NCBI GenBank assembly: GCA_964016885.1
Contig: OZ024749.1
Span: 29,574,001 to 29,638,000, forward strand
Reading direction: 5' to 3'
Source: Eledone cirrhosa
Lineage: Eukaryota
DNA: 64,000 nucleotides
Shown here: positions 26,634-43,112 of the stretch, in pieces
Layout of the letters: each line of letters begins with the position of its first letter
Numbering within the stretch: the first letter of the stretch is position 1
Translations under genes and position numbers: made by a program
The notes under the pieces: generated by a model
Databases searched by the model: none
What the model saw: only the letters and a program-made list of their open reading frames with translations
What the model was told of the DNA's origin: nothing

Positions 26634-28549
26634 CCACCACCACCACCAACAATAACAACACCAATAATAAAAGATATAATAAATATAAAGTATAAAATAA
26701 ATAAGGTAAAAGACAAAAGCGGACTTAGTCCTGTCATGAAACCCCAGCTCAGAATCTCATGAAACAAAGTGTAAAATGTAATTATGGCAGATAAATCAAT
26801 TATATACCAGAAATAATTGCTTCTACTTTTGGCACAAGGCTAGCAAAATACCCCAGTGTATTACTGGTACTTTATTTTCTCGACCCTGTAAGAAAGAAAG
26901 ACAAAGTTAACCTCGGCGAGATTTGAATTCAGACCGGAACGCAAAGGGCCATAACTTTATGCTGCAAAGCATGATGATACAAATTAATATGAAATAATGA
27001 AAGGCAAAGCTAAACTCGGCAGCATTTGAACTCGGATTGCAAAGGCCCGTAAACCTATGCCATAAAGCATGTTGTCCGACGCTCTATCGATTCTGCCAAA
27101 CCGACGTTCTAACGACTCTATTAATTGGTTGCACACGAACTTAGTAAAATTGTTCACTAGTTGACTCAACAATTCTCGTTAATTGCTCTTGAATGTCCTT
27201 GAAAGTCTTCTTTCCTCAGGTGGTTTAAGATCACTCAAGTGTTTTATTTTAATGGCTTTCAAAAGGAGTAAAAGCGTTATTGTCCTTCAAAAGAAAAACA
27301 ACCCCAAAACGTTTTAGCTTCATTTCAAATGCTTCGATGTTCTCAAGCAAAATATTTAAGACTTTTAATAAGATCCCTGTAAATTGATGGATTTATTTCA
27401 ACATGAAATAATTTCTGTTAAAAAATATCAAACAAGAAATACACTCAACGTGAGATAGATTTCTTAACAACTCAGAGATCACAATAATACACACATACTC
27501 CCCCCCTCCGATCCTTTCTTTACACATACTGCCCCCCCCCTGATCCATTCCTTACACACATTGCACCTCCTCCCCCCTGATCCTTTCTTTACACATGCTG
27601 CACCCCCCTGATCCTTTCTTTACACATACTTCCTCCCCGATCCTTTCCTTACACATATATTGCCATACCTGATCCTTTCCTTACACACATACTACCCTCC
27701 TGATCCTTTCCTTACATACATACTACCCCGCTGATCCTTTCCTTACACACATGCTGCCCCCTCCTGATCCTTTCTTTACACACATACTGCTACCCCCTGA
27801 TCCTTTCCTTACATACATACTACCCCGCTGATCCTTTCCTTAAATACATTGCTCCCCCCTCCTCATATCCTTTCTTATCACACATTGCCATTCTTCTGAT
27901 CCTTTTCCTTACACACATTGCCCCCCCTCAGATCGTTTCTTATCACGTATTGCCCCCTCTCAAATCCTATCTCATCACACATTGCGCCCCTCTCTTTTCT
28001 TTCACATATTGCCACCCTCTCTGATCCTTTCCTTACACATTCCCTCCCCTCTTTAATCCTTTCCTCACACATATACAACCACCTTGATCATTTTCCTAAC
28101 ATATTTCTAATAAAAGATACACCGCGATTTTCGTATGATTATTAAAATAATCAAGAATTTGAAAAGACGCAGAAGTAAAACTTTTTCATTTTTAAGAGAG
28201 TGCTTGAAACATAAATTAACAAAGGTTCTTACATAAGAATTATGATGGATGTTTTTTAAATATATATATATATTAAAATAAAGAAGAGAAGAATGGTATA
28301 CACTGAGAATATATATTGATTTGACGCTTCATATAGTAGATAAAGTGTCTTGACGTCTCGAACATTAGTCTATCATCGAAAACAACAGAACGAGAGAGAG
28401 GCATAGATAGATAGAAAGATAGATACATTTCTGGATAGATAGATACATAGATAGATAGATAGATAGACAGAGATAGAGAGAGAGATAGAAAGAGAGATAG
28501 ATAGAGAGAGAGAGGGAGAGAGATAGATAGAGAGAGAGAGGGAGAGAGC

Positions 28550-28635
<86 letters not shown>

Positions 28636-28821
28636 GGAGCTGAGAAGATGTTTGGAAGAAATAGTTCTTTATGTATTGTGCATGTATGTCCATCAGTGCA
28701 CACAAAATTACATTATTTTAGCTCTGATTTAGAGTAATTGGCGTTCCATATGTATCACATATATATAATTAATTCGAACAACGCATCCATATATACTGGT
28801 AACATGACCATCCCCAATTAT

Positions 28822-28921
<100 letters not shown>

Positions 28922-29042
28922 GTCTGTATGTGTGAGTACGTGTGTATACGAGACGATAAATAAAATTTCATTTGTGTAAATCGTATTCCTACATTGTTTT
29001 TCCTGGTATATATGTATATATATATATATTTTTTTTTCCCTG

Positions 29043-29158
<116 letters not shown>

Positions 29159-29909
29159 GATCGTTGCTTTTCCATTAATATCCTCGTGATATTTAATGTT
29201 TTGCACCATGAAACTGTACAGTTAGGACCATTTGAATAGGTAAATATTTATATTATATTTTTTAATTTTGATTAATTTTAATTGTATATTAATTTTGATT
29301 TATTTTGAAAAATTGGTTGAATTTTACTTGTTCTGCTTATCTTGATATTAAGTTCTGGTATATCAAATTATTACCATAGAACCACCTTAAATCATAGACA
29401 CACTATATATTTCCGGGGGTACATTGTACCCTCAGATATATATTAACCTTATTCAATAATCTCCAGTATGTAGAGATAAATCTTTGTCGATCTATTTAGT
29501 TGCTAAAAATCTTTTTTAGTAGCGATTATAGACGGCTAGTCTACGATTTCCCGCCTTCACTATACACCAATGTATTTACGGGTCACTTTCACGACCTTTT
29601 AGACCTGTATTAGTTGGAGTGAGGTCATATATTTTGTCGTTCCTGGGGTTTTTAACCCTAGGACAGGAAAATGCTTCTCTGATGATCGTTGCTTTTCCAT
29701 TAATATCCTCGTGATATTTAATGTTTTGCACCGTGAAACTGTACAGTTAGGGCCATTAGAATAGGTAAATATTTATATTATATTTTTTAATTTTGATTAA
29801 TTTTAATTGTATATTAATTTTGATTTATTTTGAAAAATTGGTTGAATTTTACTTGTTCTGCTTATCTTGATATATATATATGTATATATATATGTATATA
29901 TATGTGTAA

Positions 29910-29943
<34 letters not shown>

Positions 29944-30089
29944 GTATATATATATGTGTATACATATGTGTATATATATATGTGTATATATATATGTGTA
30001 TATATATGTATATATATATATATATATAATATATATATATATGTCTGAATTACTGTTGGCTTGTTGCTTACATTAATTTCTCTATTTTC

Positions 30090-30142
<53 letters not shown>

Positions 30143-30403
30143 CGGTAAGGATAAAGATATTTACATAGATTTAACATAAAAATGCCCAAAGTTGTGTCTG
30201 AAAATTAAAATAGAATGGTAGTAAAAAAAACTCTGATCGTTTCAAAAAAACAAGTTTTTTTCTCTCTTTCTCCTGCAGTGAAGTTGTTGGAGTTCACATG
30301 AGAATAGACAGGCAACATAGAGAGAGAGAGAGAGAGAGGGAGAGGGAGAGAGAGAGAGAGAGAGGGGGGGGGGGGGGGAGAGAGAGAGAGAGAGAGAGAG
30401 AGT

Positions 30404-30436
<33 letters not shown>

Positions 30437-30656
30437 AATGGCTTCTACAGGACTAGAAGGAAATCATCAGGAAAGGGCTTTCCCGATGATTTCCTCCGAA
30501 TGAAACAGTTCTAGTCCTGTAGAAGCCATTTCTATATTATATATTTATACTCTGCTATGTATTGAGTACCTTACTTACTGTGATTACCCCCGATTGAACC
30601 CGGGATAAACACAGACACACACACACACACACACATACACACACAGACACACACAT

Positions 30657-30715
<59 letters not shown>

Positions 30716-31474
30716 ACGAAGGAATTGTGGTAAGGAACCAGGTGGACCATAACGCACCAGAGTACTCAATAGTTAGGGTAGTAGAGTGGGTAATAGGAAA
30801 AAGTATGAGCCCCGACGGCAGAGATAAAGCCGTTTCGAGTCCAGAAATAGCCGTCGAAACGGCTTGAGCTCTGCCGTCGGGGTTATACTTTTTCCTATAT
30901 ATATATATGTATGTATATATATATATATATACACACACACATATATATATATATATACATAGAAACACACACGTTTGTTTCTCGACTGGCCATTAGAACC
31001 GACTGTTTACATAAATTATTGAAAAAACAAATATCGTTTTTATATTGTCTCTGTTACTCTTGCTGTTGTTGTTGTTGTTTTTTTTTGTTTTTTATGTTGC
31101 TCCTGCTGTTGTTGTTGCTTCAGCAAAAAAAGTCTACTGCTGTCACTGCCCTCTGGAGGCAGCAGGGGGCGTTAAATTTGAAGAATCTATTTATGGAATC
31201 GAAGCTCTAACGAAAATGACTTAACAATAACAACAGCAAGAACAACAACAACTTCTAGAACACACAAAACAACATATTTCTTTATTTTCCAATCCAAACA
31301 CTACCACCACCTCCACCACCATCTCTACCATCACCTCCACCACCACCACCATCAACACCACCTCTAATACCAGCACCTCCACCAACACCACCTCTACCAC
31401 CACCACCATCACCATCACCTCCTCATCACACACACACATATATATACAAATATATATATAAATATTTATGCATG

Positions 31475-31856
<382 letters not shown>

Positions 31857-34800
31857 TATATATATATATAACTGCTCTGTAAAACAACTGATGTTGTTAC
31901 ATTGAGCTATTTATCTTACTGGTAATAAGATAGTAATAAATTACTGTCTTTCACTATTTAGGGTATAATATATATATATATATATAACTATAAAAGGTTT
32001 TAGTATATACATAACCATAGATAGTATCCTTAATACTATATATATATATATGGGATAACAAGTTATCGTTATAGGTAATCCAGTTAGAGGTTGTGAGTAC
32101 TCCGTTTTGTGGATAGTTTCAACGTGCGGCTTTTTTTGACTCAACAAGATGCTTCCATAGTTATACAGCGAGTTCGCGGTAATTTCTATGCAGGTTATAC
32201 TTGGAGTAATAATAGTTAAAGAATGAAGATTAACATGGTTGGTTGTACAATAAGGGGCTTTATTTAAAGTACTGACAATTGTTTCGTTTATCATGTGGGT
32301 CTAGAGTTCGCTAATCGCTTGATGTTGCGTTATTCGATCTCCAATACTCCAATACATTATTCACCTATGGTCAACACATCAGAGTATGTAAATATGAAAA
32401 TAATTCACTCGAGGCAAGACTTATATAGAGAAATAGCGTATAATTAAAACAATAACATCAATAATAAAATAGCGTATAATCTAAACAATGACATCAATAA
32501 TAATACATGTATGGTAAATAGGTAGAGAAGTTACAGATGTAAAACGTAAAATTAGAATGTAAGATAGGGTACATAAAAAAGTAAGAAAATGAGAGAATGG
32601 AAAATTGGAAAATATAAAGAGATAAATAAATAAGTGAGAGCTTATAAGTACATAGTAGTAGTTTTTGAGTAAGTGTTCTTATAAGGATTCGTTGGTGGGA
32701 AACTAGATTCGAGATGTACACACACACGCACGCACACACACACACACGCACACATATATTTATCATATATATATATGCTCATCATTTTCTTTCAAAGTCT
32801 TATTACAAACCATTTTCACCCTATCTTTTTTCTCTATTTTCTTTTCTTTTCTCCATTTTCTTTGATTTCTTCCTTGGTATTTTCTTCCATTCTTCGTCAA
32901 GTTCTTTCCTTCATTCAGACATTCATACACTCCTTCGTTAAAGTAGCACAGTCAGAGTTATTGAAAAGTCTGATTAAGTGGTCCGCTAGCTTTTGAGGCT
33001 CTGTGTGTGTTCTGAGTTCAAATCTCACCTGTCCCCTTTTACAGAAGAAGCGCAGCCACTGTTGTCAGGTGTTTCAACCGACAAAGCCAATGGAAACATT
33101 GTTCCCTTGGAGCGATTTGACTATCGGATCTTTTACTGTTTTTTTTTGGAACAGAACACTTAGGCCCTAGAATCATTGTAAGGAATTCTAAAAACTTTAA
33201 TGCGAACCTTGAACATTTCTTCAGAAGGAAATGTCAGCTTTTATGATGACCCCCCCCCCCCCCCCCCCACAAACGTTTATGATACACCTCACTAACTGTA
33301 TAACTTATCGGGGATGGATCCTCCCGACATGAACATGAACCGGCTCTAAAAGTCTAAAGTCTGTTTCAAGCCTGGTGGCTCATCAAATCTGTGCTATCCC
33401 GGTTTTCGTGGCGTGAAGCGACTGAAAGTACAAGACCCCTTTCCTGGACAGGACGTCTGTCCATCACAGTTTAAAGTCTGCCTGGCGTTCGGAGAATCAT
33501 TAGGCCGGTTCTTATTTCGGTTTTCGTGGCGTGAAGCGACTGAGAGTAGAAGACTACACTCCCTGGACAGGACACCAGGTTTAATCTCCATCGCAGGCTT
33601 AAACTCCTAGCTATTGTTGATACTCATTTCCAGTTGAGTATACTGGAGCAAGGTGAAATCAAGTGTTTTTCTCAAGAACACAACACACAACCAAGCCCAT
33701 AAATCGAACCCACGACTTTATGATCCTAAGTCCAGCACCCTTATCACTAGGCCCTATATCCTATTAATTAACGATACTGTTTTCCAAGTGAAGGCATAAG
33801 GGTGAGCTGAGTGTCTAAGCTGTTCGCCTCACAATCGTAAGGTCATGAGTTCGATTTTCAGTGGCGTGTTTTGTCCTTGAATAAGACATTTTATTTCACA
33901 CTATTCCATTCCATTCCACTGGCAAAAAACAAACAAAAAATAAAAACAAATGAGTTTTATCTGTATTTCAAAGCGCTAGGGTAAGCCTTGTCAACACACT
34001 GTGTGGCGCTGAATTCTCCCTGAAAACTATATTCTCCCTGAAAACTATATTAAGGATACACGTCTTTATGAAATTCTCAGCCACTTACACGTTCCATTGA
34101 TATGAACAACTGACACCAATATTCCTCATCAGAACCGACGGAGGTTCCACCAATATTTACTCCAAAGATGTAAATAAACGTAGTTTTTCTGCAACATTTA
34201 TTTATTGGAGAATTTAAAGCGGTGAACATTTTCTTAAAAGGTGACTTGTTTATTCAAAGAACATCAATGATATTTATCACTTTCGTTGCCAAGTTTTTGG
34301 GATTCTGAAATAAGTTGTTTTATTTTTTTGATGCAAATCTGGAATTAATGCTTGGAAGCATGCTTATGAATATTTACCAAAAGACATGGAAATTTGCTAT
34401 ATCAAATTGAATGTATTGTGATTGCAGACCAATAAAACTACCGATAAAGAGACAGCCACACGCGAAAAATAAAAGAATGAGAATATTGTTGTAAAGCTTT
34501 GGAACGTTTAATGGGTCTGGCTCTGAATTTAGCAGACGACAATATGGTTTTGAGAAGAACTTCAGACAAAATGTTTACACTTTCCAATGGCAATTGTTTT
34601 TATCTTCATCTGGCCAACGAACGGATGTTTATGTTGGTTTGAGTTGAAAGAAAACTCCGCATTCACTTTTATTGAAAAATCTTCAAACTGGAATAACGGA
34701 TCTGTTCGGAAACGTTATTTAGATATGACCAACAGTAAAATGATGATAGCTCGCATGTCCCAGATATTTATCCTGCCATGACTCGCACCACGACTCTGTT

Positions 34801-34973
34801 CAAAACCATAACTCCATGGCACAGTTTAAGGGGACAGAAGAAGAATCAGACAAAAGAAAATGTTGGTCCGACAAATCACTTAATCGACAGGTCACAACAC
34901 TAAGACCGTTCTGGGTTTAATAACGGCTAGGGATCAGACACCATTGGCGATTCGTGAGTGCCAGAACTGAGCT

Positions 34974-36614
34974 GACAACGCCAAAGACTGGAGAAGTCAT
35001 AGCACTAAGACTCTTCTGGGTATAATAAGTGTCATTGGAGATTGCTGTCTGCCTGAACTTGTCTGACAACGCCAAAGACTGGAGAAGTCATAGCACTAAC
35101 ACTCTTCTGGGTATAATAAGTGTCATTGGAGATTGCTGTCTGCCTGAACTTGTCTGACAACGCCAAAGATTGGAGAAGTCATAGCACTAAGACTCTTCTG
35201 GGTATAATAAGTGTCATTGGAGATTGCTGTCTGCCTGAACTTGTCTGACAACGCCAAAGACTGGAGAAGTCATAGCACTAACACTCTTCTGGGTATAATA
35301 AGTGTCATTGGAGATTGTTGTCTGCCTGAACTTGTCTGACAACGCCAAAGACTGGAGAAGTCATAGCACTAAGACTCTTCTGGGTATAATAAGTGTCATT
35401 GGAGATTGTTGTCTGCCTGAACTTGTCTGACAACGCCAAAGACTGGAGAAGTCATAGCACTAAGACTCTTCTGGGTATAATAAGTGTCATTGGAGATTGC
35501 TGTCTGCCTGAACTTGTCTGACAACGCCAAAGACTGGAGAAGTCATAGCACTAAGACTCTTCTGGGTATAATAAGTGTCATTGGAGATTGCTGTCTGCCT
35601 GAACTTGTCTGACAACGCCAAAGACTGGAGAAGTCATAGCACTAACACTCTTCTGGGTATAATAAGTGTCATTGGAGATTGCTGTCTGCCTGAACTTGTC
35701 TGACAACGCCAAAGATTGGAGAAGTCATAGCACTAAGACTCTTCTGGGTATAATAAGTGTCATTGGAGATTGCTGTCTGCCTGAACTTGTCTGACAACGC
35801 CAAAGACTGGAGAAGTCATAGCACTAAGACTCTTCTGGGTATAATAAGTGTCATTGGAGATTGTTGTCTGCCTGAACTTGTCTGACAACGCCAAAGACTG
35901 GAGAAGTCATAGCACTAAGACTCTTCTGGGTATAATAAGTGTCATTGGAGATTGTTGTCTGCCTGAACTTGTCTGACAACGCCAAAGACTGGAGAAGTCA
36001 TAGCACTAAGACTCTTCTGGGTATAATAAGTGTCATTGGAGATTGCTGTCTGCCTGAACTTGTCTGACAACGCCAAAGACTGGAGAAGTCATAGCACTAA
36101 GACTCTTCTGGGTATAATAAGTGTCATTGGAGATTGCTGTCTGCCTGAACTTGTCTGACAACGCCAAAGACTGGATAAGTCATAGCACTAAGACTCTTCT
36201 GGGTATAATAAGTGTCATTGGAGATTGCTGTCTGCCTGAACTGGTCTGACAACGCCAAAGACTGGAGAAGTCATAGCACTAAGACTCTTCTGTGTATAAT
36301 AAGTGTCATTGGAGATTGCTGTCTGCCTGAACTTGTCTGACAACGCCAAAGACTGGAGAAGTCATAGCACTAAGACTCTTCTGGGTATAATAAGTGTCAT
36401 TGGAGATTGCTGTCTGCCTGAACTTGTCTGACAACGCCAAAGACTGGAGAAGTCATAGCACTAAGACTCTTCTGGGTATAATAAGTGTCATTGGAGATTG
36501 TGCCTGCCTGAACTTGTCTGACAACGCCAAAGACTGGAGAAGTCATAGCACTAAGACTCTTCTGGGTATAATAAGTGTCATTGGAGATTGCTGTCTGCCT
36601 GAACTGGTCTGACA
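34974..36614 (+). repeat. 91-bp minisatellite, 18 units
   Basis: Same unit as 9396-9672; span of 1637 bp is about 18 x 91. Confidence 0.95.
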
Positions 36615-36803
36615 AACCAATTAATGGTCATATCTCAACACTAAGACCCTTGTGAGTATAACAGGGGCTAGGGGCCAGACATCATTAATGATAGCTAACT
36701 GTGAGAACTTGTCAATTAATGGACATTAAGATCCTTCTGGCTATAATGGAGGATAGAGATCGTTGGTGACTGCCAGAACTTGAATGACAAAATCAAAGAC
36801 CGG

Positions 36804-36884
<81 letters not shown>

Positions 36885-38308
36885 CACACACAACCACATA
36901 CACACACACATACACACACATACACATACACACACACACACACATACACACACACACACATACACACACACACACACATACACACACATGCACACCCACA
37001 CATACACACACAAACAACGATCATTCTAAATGGAGATCAGTGGTGATTGCTGACCGTCAGGAATGACACCCAAATAACTGGCTGCAATAGATACAAGATA
37101 ATTGTTTCTACTTTTGGCACAAGGCCAGCAATTACCCAGTGCATTACTGGTACTTTATTTTATCGAGCCCCGTAAGGATGAAAGGCAAAGTCAACCTCGA
37201 CAGGATTTGAACTCAGATCGTAAAGTGACGTAACTATGCTGGAAAGCATGGCGTCCGACCCTCTACCGATACTGCCAATCCACCGCCCAATCCGCCGCAA
37301 TAGATACAAGATAATTGTTTCTATTTTAGGCACAAGGCCGCAATTACCCAGTACATTACTGGTACTTTATTTTATCGACCCCGTAAGGATGAAAGGCAAA
37401 GTTAACCTCGGCGGGATTTGAACTCAGAATAGATACAAGATAATGATGATAATTCTGTTTAGAAAAAATATATTAAATTGAGTTAAAGACGTAAAAGATG
37501 GCAGCCATATCTTTAGACTGTACGTCATATAATTTTTTCTACTTTTGGCACAAGGCCAGCAATTACCCAGTACATTACTGGTACTTTATTTTATCGACCC
37601 CCCCCGTAAGGATGAAAGGCAAAGTTAACCTCGGCGGGATTTGAACTCAGAATGGAAAGGGCCGTAACTCTATGCGTCAAAGCATGACGTCCAACCCTCT
37701 ACCGATACTGCCAATCCACCGCCCTTATATAATAAACGTAATGAAGGCTTAACAAATCGTCCTTGTATTATTATAATTGTTTCTACTTTTGGCACACGGC
37801 CAGCAATTACCCAGTACATTACTGGTACTTTATTTTATCGACCCCGTAAGGATGAAAGGCAAAGGTAACCTCGACGGGATTTGAACTCAGACCGTAAAGG
37901 GACGTAACTATGCTAGAAAGCATGGCTTCCAACCCTCTACCGATACTGCCAATTCACCGCCTATACGTCATATAATGTTGACATATGGAGTAGATTTCAG
38001 TGGCAATAAAATTGGAAAATGAGTCATTTCTATAAAGAAACATCTTGTCATTTATTAAAGAATTCTAGATATTACTAAATAATGATTATATGAAAGAAGA
38101 TAATTACAAGAAAGTTGATTTCCTGAGAGTTGTATATATATAGCAAAAAGTATGACTAAATTAGAATTTTTAGTCCAGAAATAGCCGTCGAAACGGCTTG
38201 AGCTCTGCCGTCGGGGTCATATTTTTTCCTATTTCCCACTCTACTACCCTAAGTATTGAGTACTCTGGTGCGTTATGGTCCAGCTGGTTCCTTACCACAA
38301 TTCCTTTG

Positions 38309-38380
<72 letters not shown>

Positions 38381-38507
38381 AAGGGTTTAGATCGAGAGCC
38401 AATGATTTCGATATCGTTGCACACACACACATTTGTATATATATATATATGTGTATATATAAATATATATATATATACATATATATATATGTATATATAT
38501 ATGTATG

Positions 38508-38560
<53 letters not shown>

Positions 38561-38722
38561 TTATATATATACACATATGTATATATATATATATATAGTA
38601 AATAGTGCTTACATTGTATTTGACTAAGTAAAATTAATCTATTAGTTGGGATTTAAAAAAAAACACATGAAAAAGGATGGCATTGACGTACATGGGACCC
38701 GAATCCACATCTTTGGTTTGCC

Positions 38723-38764
<42 letters not shown>

Positions 38765-38792
38765 ATATATATATCTCTCTCTCTCTCTCTCT

Positions 38793-38991
<199 letters not shown>

Positions 38992-39601
38992 TGGCTGCCA
39001 ACTCGTTTTCGAGTACGGCCACTACTTTATATCCATGTAGGAGAACCCCTACCGATGCGCTGAACGAGTTTGACTTTTTAGTCCAGCCTGCGACATGAAA
39101 ACTCTGGTACAAACACTACACTTGTGACAATTATTGACACATAGTGCTGGGCCCACGGTACCATGTGACGACAAGTGCAGAGAGATCTCCAGATATAAAG
39201 CAATGCCTGTGCCGTGAAGCTTTTATAGTGAGCAAAGGCACTGCACAAAGCCAGTCCCACTCTCTTAACCAAGATGATATTTACCAAAAAGAAGAACAAG
39301 TCAACATCATTGGATACCATCAGGGTTGCAGGTGTTATATCAGAGTTTTCTTTCTAGAATTCTGCCTTGACAAAGGCTATATATACATATATATATATAT
39401 ATATAAATCAATAATAATGAGTTCAAATCTCAGGCAGTCTTTTACAATGAAATAGCTCAAAGAAAGAGTATTTCTGAGCCGTGTAATACAGGTTAATATA
39501 AATTAATATATTTGATAAAAACAAATACCAACATATTCATGTTTGTATTGTAAATGACCAAGTTAGCTAGATTGAAATATACTAATAATAATATTACAGT
39601 T

Positions 39602-39647
<46 letters not shown>

Positions 39648-40049
39648 CATATATCTCAGTGTGTGTGTGTGTATTTACATTCAAATATTTTATTTCCATT
39701 CAGAAAACTATATGTATAATATATTTACCCAACCGATTAATGGGAGATTATTAAGAAACGAAATATATAATTTTATGGAAGATATTTGCAGAAGTTGCTG
39801 TAGTTGTGTATAGTTGGTATAGTTGTGTACCGCTGGCTTAGACTAAATACTCCTATATTTCTCCTTCTTTGTCACAGAACTATTGTGGATATCAAGTTTG
39901 AACATTATTCGATAGATTGGCAATGATGCAATCTTGAAATAACCTTAAAACTGGATCTTCCCGCCAATAAAAATTATCTATGGAACAGATGAAGTATGTT
40001 AAGTATATAACATAACATGCATATGTAACAATGCAATGGTAGTTGTATG

Positions 40050-40084
<35 letters not shown>

Positions 40085-40242
40085 AAGGGTTTAGATCGAT
40101 AGCCAATGATTTCGATATCGTTGCACACACACACACATTTTTATATATATATGTATATATATATATATATATATTATGTATATATATATATATGTATATA
40201 TATATATGTATATGTATGTATATATATATATGTATATATATG

Positions 40243-40273
<31 letters not shown>

Positions 40274-40308
40274 GTGTGTGTGTATATATATGTATATATA
40301 TGTATATA

Positions 40309-40452
<144 letters not shown>

Positions 40453-40476
40453 TATATCATGGCATTTGTGTATATA

Positions 40477-40508
<32 letters not shown>

Positions 40509-40572
40509 CACATATATATATACAAATGTTTGTGTAACGATATCGAAATCATTGGCTATCGATCTAAACCCT

Positions 40573-40676
<104 letters not shown>

Positions 40677-40832
40677 GACACAACTACCATTGCATTGTTA
40701 CCTATGCATGTTATGTTATATACTTAACATACTTCATCTGTTCCATAGATAAAACACGGCACCGTTTACTTTGCTCCAGTGATTATTTACATTATTTATG
40801 TAATAATATATGTTGTGTAAAGAACGATCAAT

Positions 40833-40865
<33 letters not shown>

Positions 40866-41975
40866 AATAATACTAATAATAATAACAATAACAAAAACAA
40901 CGCAGTAAATTTCGTTGCAATTTGCTTGGCTCATTGCCACGAGAAAACGTCATTATGTTGCGTGCTTAAGGCATAAGTTGTACAGTTGTGCAGATGTAAA
41001 GATGTACAGATGTACAGTTGTAGCCATTCTAACCAGTCTAAATGTGTTTCTCTTACGAATGTAACTAAGCGAAACTTTCTTTCGATATAATTTCACAATG
41101 GTAAAGTAATAATTGTTTCTACTTTTTGGTACAAGGCCAGCGATTATCCCAGTCTATTACTCGTACTTTATTTTATCGACCCCGTAAGGATGAAATGCAA
41201 AGTTAACCTCGGTGGGATTTGAACTCAGAATGGCAAGAGCCGTAACTCTATGCGTCAAAGCATGGCGTCCGACCCTCTACCGATACTGCCAATCCACCAG
41301 TAATAATTGTTTCTACTTTAGTTACAAGGCCAGCAATTACCCCAGTGCATTACTGGTACTTTATTTTATCTACCCCGTAAGGATGAAAGGCAAAGCTAAC
41401 CTCGGTAGGATTTGAACTCAGACTGTAAAGGGATGTAACTATGCTAGAAAGCATGGCGTCCGACCCTCTACCAATACTGCCAATCCACCAGTAATAATGT
41501 AAGCTGTTTCCTAAAGAATACATCTTGTTAGTATATACTCCAGTAGAGGGGAGAAAATGACACAAACCTACACATTTACACAGTCATATATTTACACACC
41601 CACACATTCATACATACACACCTACACATTTACACACATTCACACCAACACATTTACAGACATACATTTTTACATATTTACACATCTACACATGTACATA
41701 TATACCGATGCACACATGTACATATTTTCCGATGTACACATATACACATATACTGATAAACACATAAACACATGTACATGTATACTGATGTATACACATC
41801 TACATATCTACACATTTATTTACACTTATACACATAATGTGCACATGTAAACACCTACACATATACACATATACATACATACACATATACAGATGTACAC
41901 ATATGCACACATGTACACATGTACACAAATTCACATACGTATGCATGTATGAATAACTATATTTATATTTATCTA

Positions 41976-42077
<102 letters not shown>

Positions 42078-42142
42078 AGCGTTAACCTAATATATCTCTT
42101 CCATATACTGTACCGATTGTGTTGTTATTTCTGTTTACCTTT

Positions 42143-42198
<56 letters not shown>

Positions 42199-42996
42199 CT
42201 AACACACACAGTAGACACTTATAAATGAAAAGTAAATATATTTATAAAATTGGCATGTTGTGGCAACAAAGCTTGTAGCTCCGAGTTGTCTGTGTGGCCT
42301 GAGTGGGTTGAATGGGTGGTTAAGAGGTTCAGTCCGGTCCAGGATGTTGAGATCATAGGTGGTTTTAAACCCAGCATCGTTGATTTCAATAATGACGCTC
42401 CGATTAGTTTTACGGTAATCCTTAGTTACAGCATTATGTCGCAGTTGATGGCAAGTACTGCGTTCCACTTGATATAGTTTGCCAGTTTTGTCGGAATGGA
42501 CGTGCACGGCATTAGAATCCTTAATAGAACGAATTCTATTCTTCAGGTCCTGCTGGAAGGAATTGCTCCTATTCCGAAATTTGATACTCCGTTTGAGTTC
42601 CAAGACATCATTTTCGAAGGGTAGCAATGCTGGGTTACTCGGAGGGTTATTATAGGTTTTAAACCCAAATTTATCCTGTTTGTTGTCTGCTTTTCCCTGA
42701 TTATCGAAATAAAAGCCACGCCAACGCGTCTGTTTTCTGTATCAGGAGTTTTAGGTATGTTTCCTGCTTGGTACGGGTATGTTCTTTGTAGAAATATTCA
42801 GATGTTGTTTCTGCATGATGAATATAAGTCAATAGAGTGCTCAACCGAGGGATCCAAACAGTAATAATAATAAATTTGAAGACTAAAATCCAAAGAGGGC
42901 TCGATAAGGATAAATATATATCAAATATATAAGAACCGTAGAGTAAGGGTGAAAGCAGCGATTCTTTGCTTAAACTTTAATCTGTTATTTTAATAA

Positions 42997-43038
<42 letters not shown>

Positions 43039-43070
43039 TATTTATTAATTAAAATAACAGATTTCGCTGC

Positions 43071-43075
<5 letters not shown>
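42199..43075 (-). pseudogene. Same PLE fragment in copy 2 (ATG at 42816; ORF 42199-42627 has one frameshift fewer)
   Basis: The ORF track 142-aa peptide contains VHVHSDKTGKLYQVE in frame. Confidence 0.75.
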
Positions 43076-43112
<37 letters not shown>

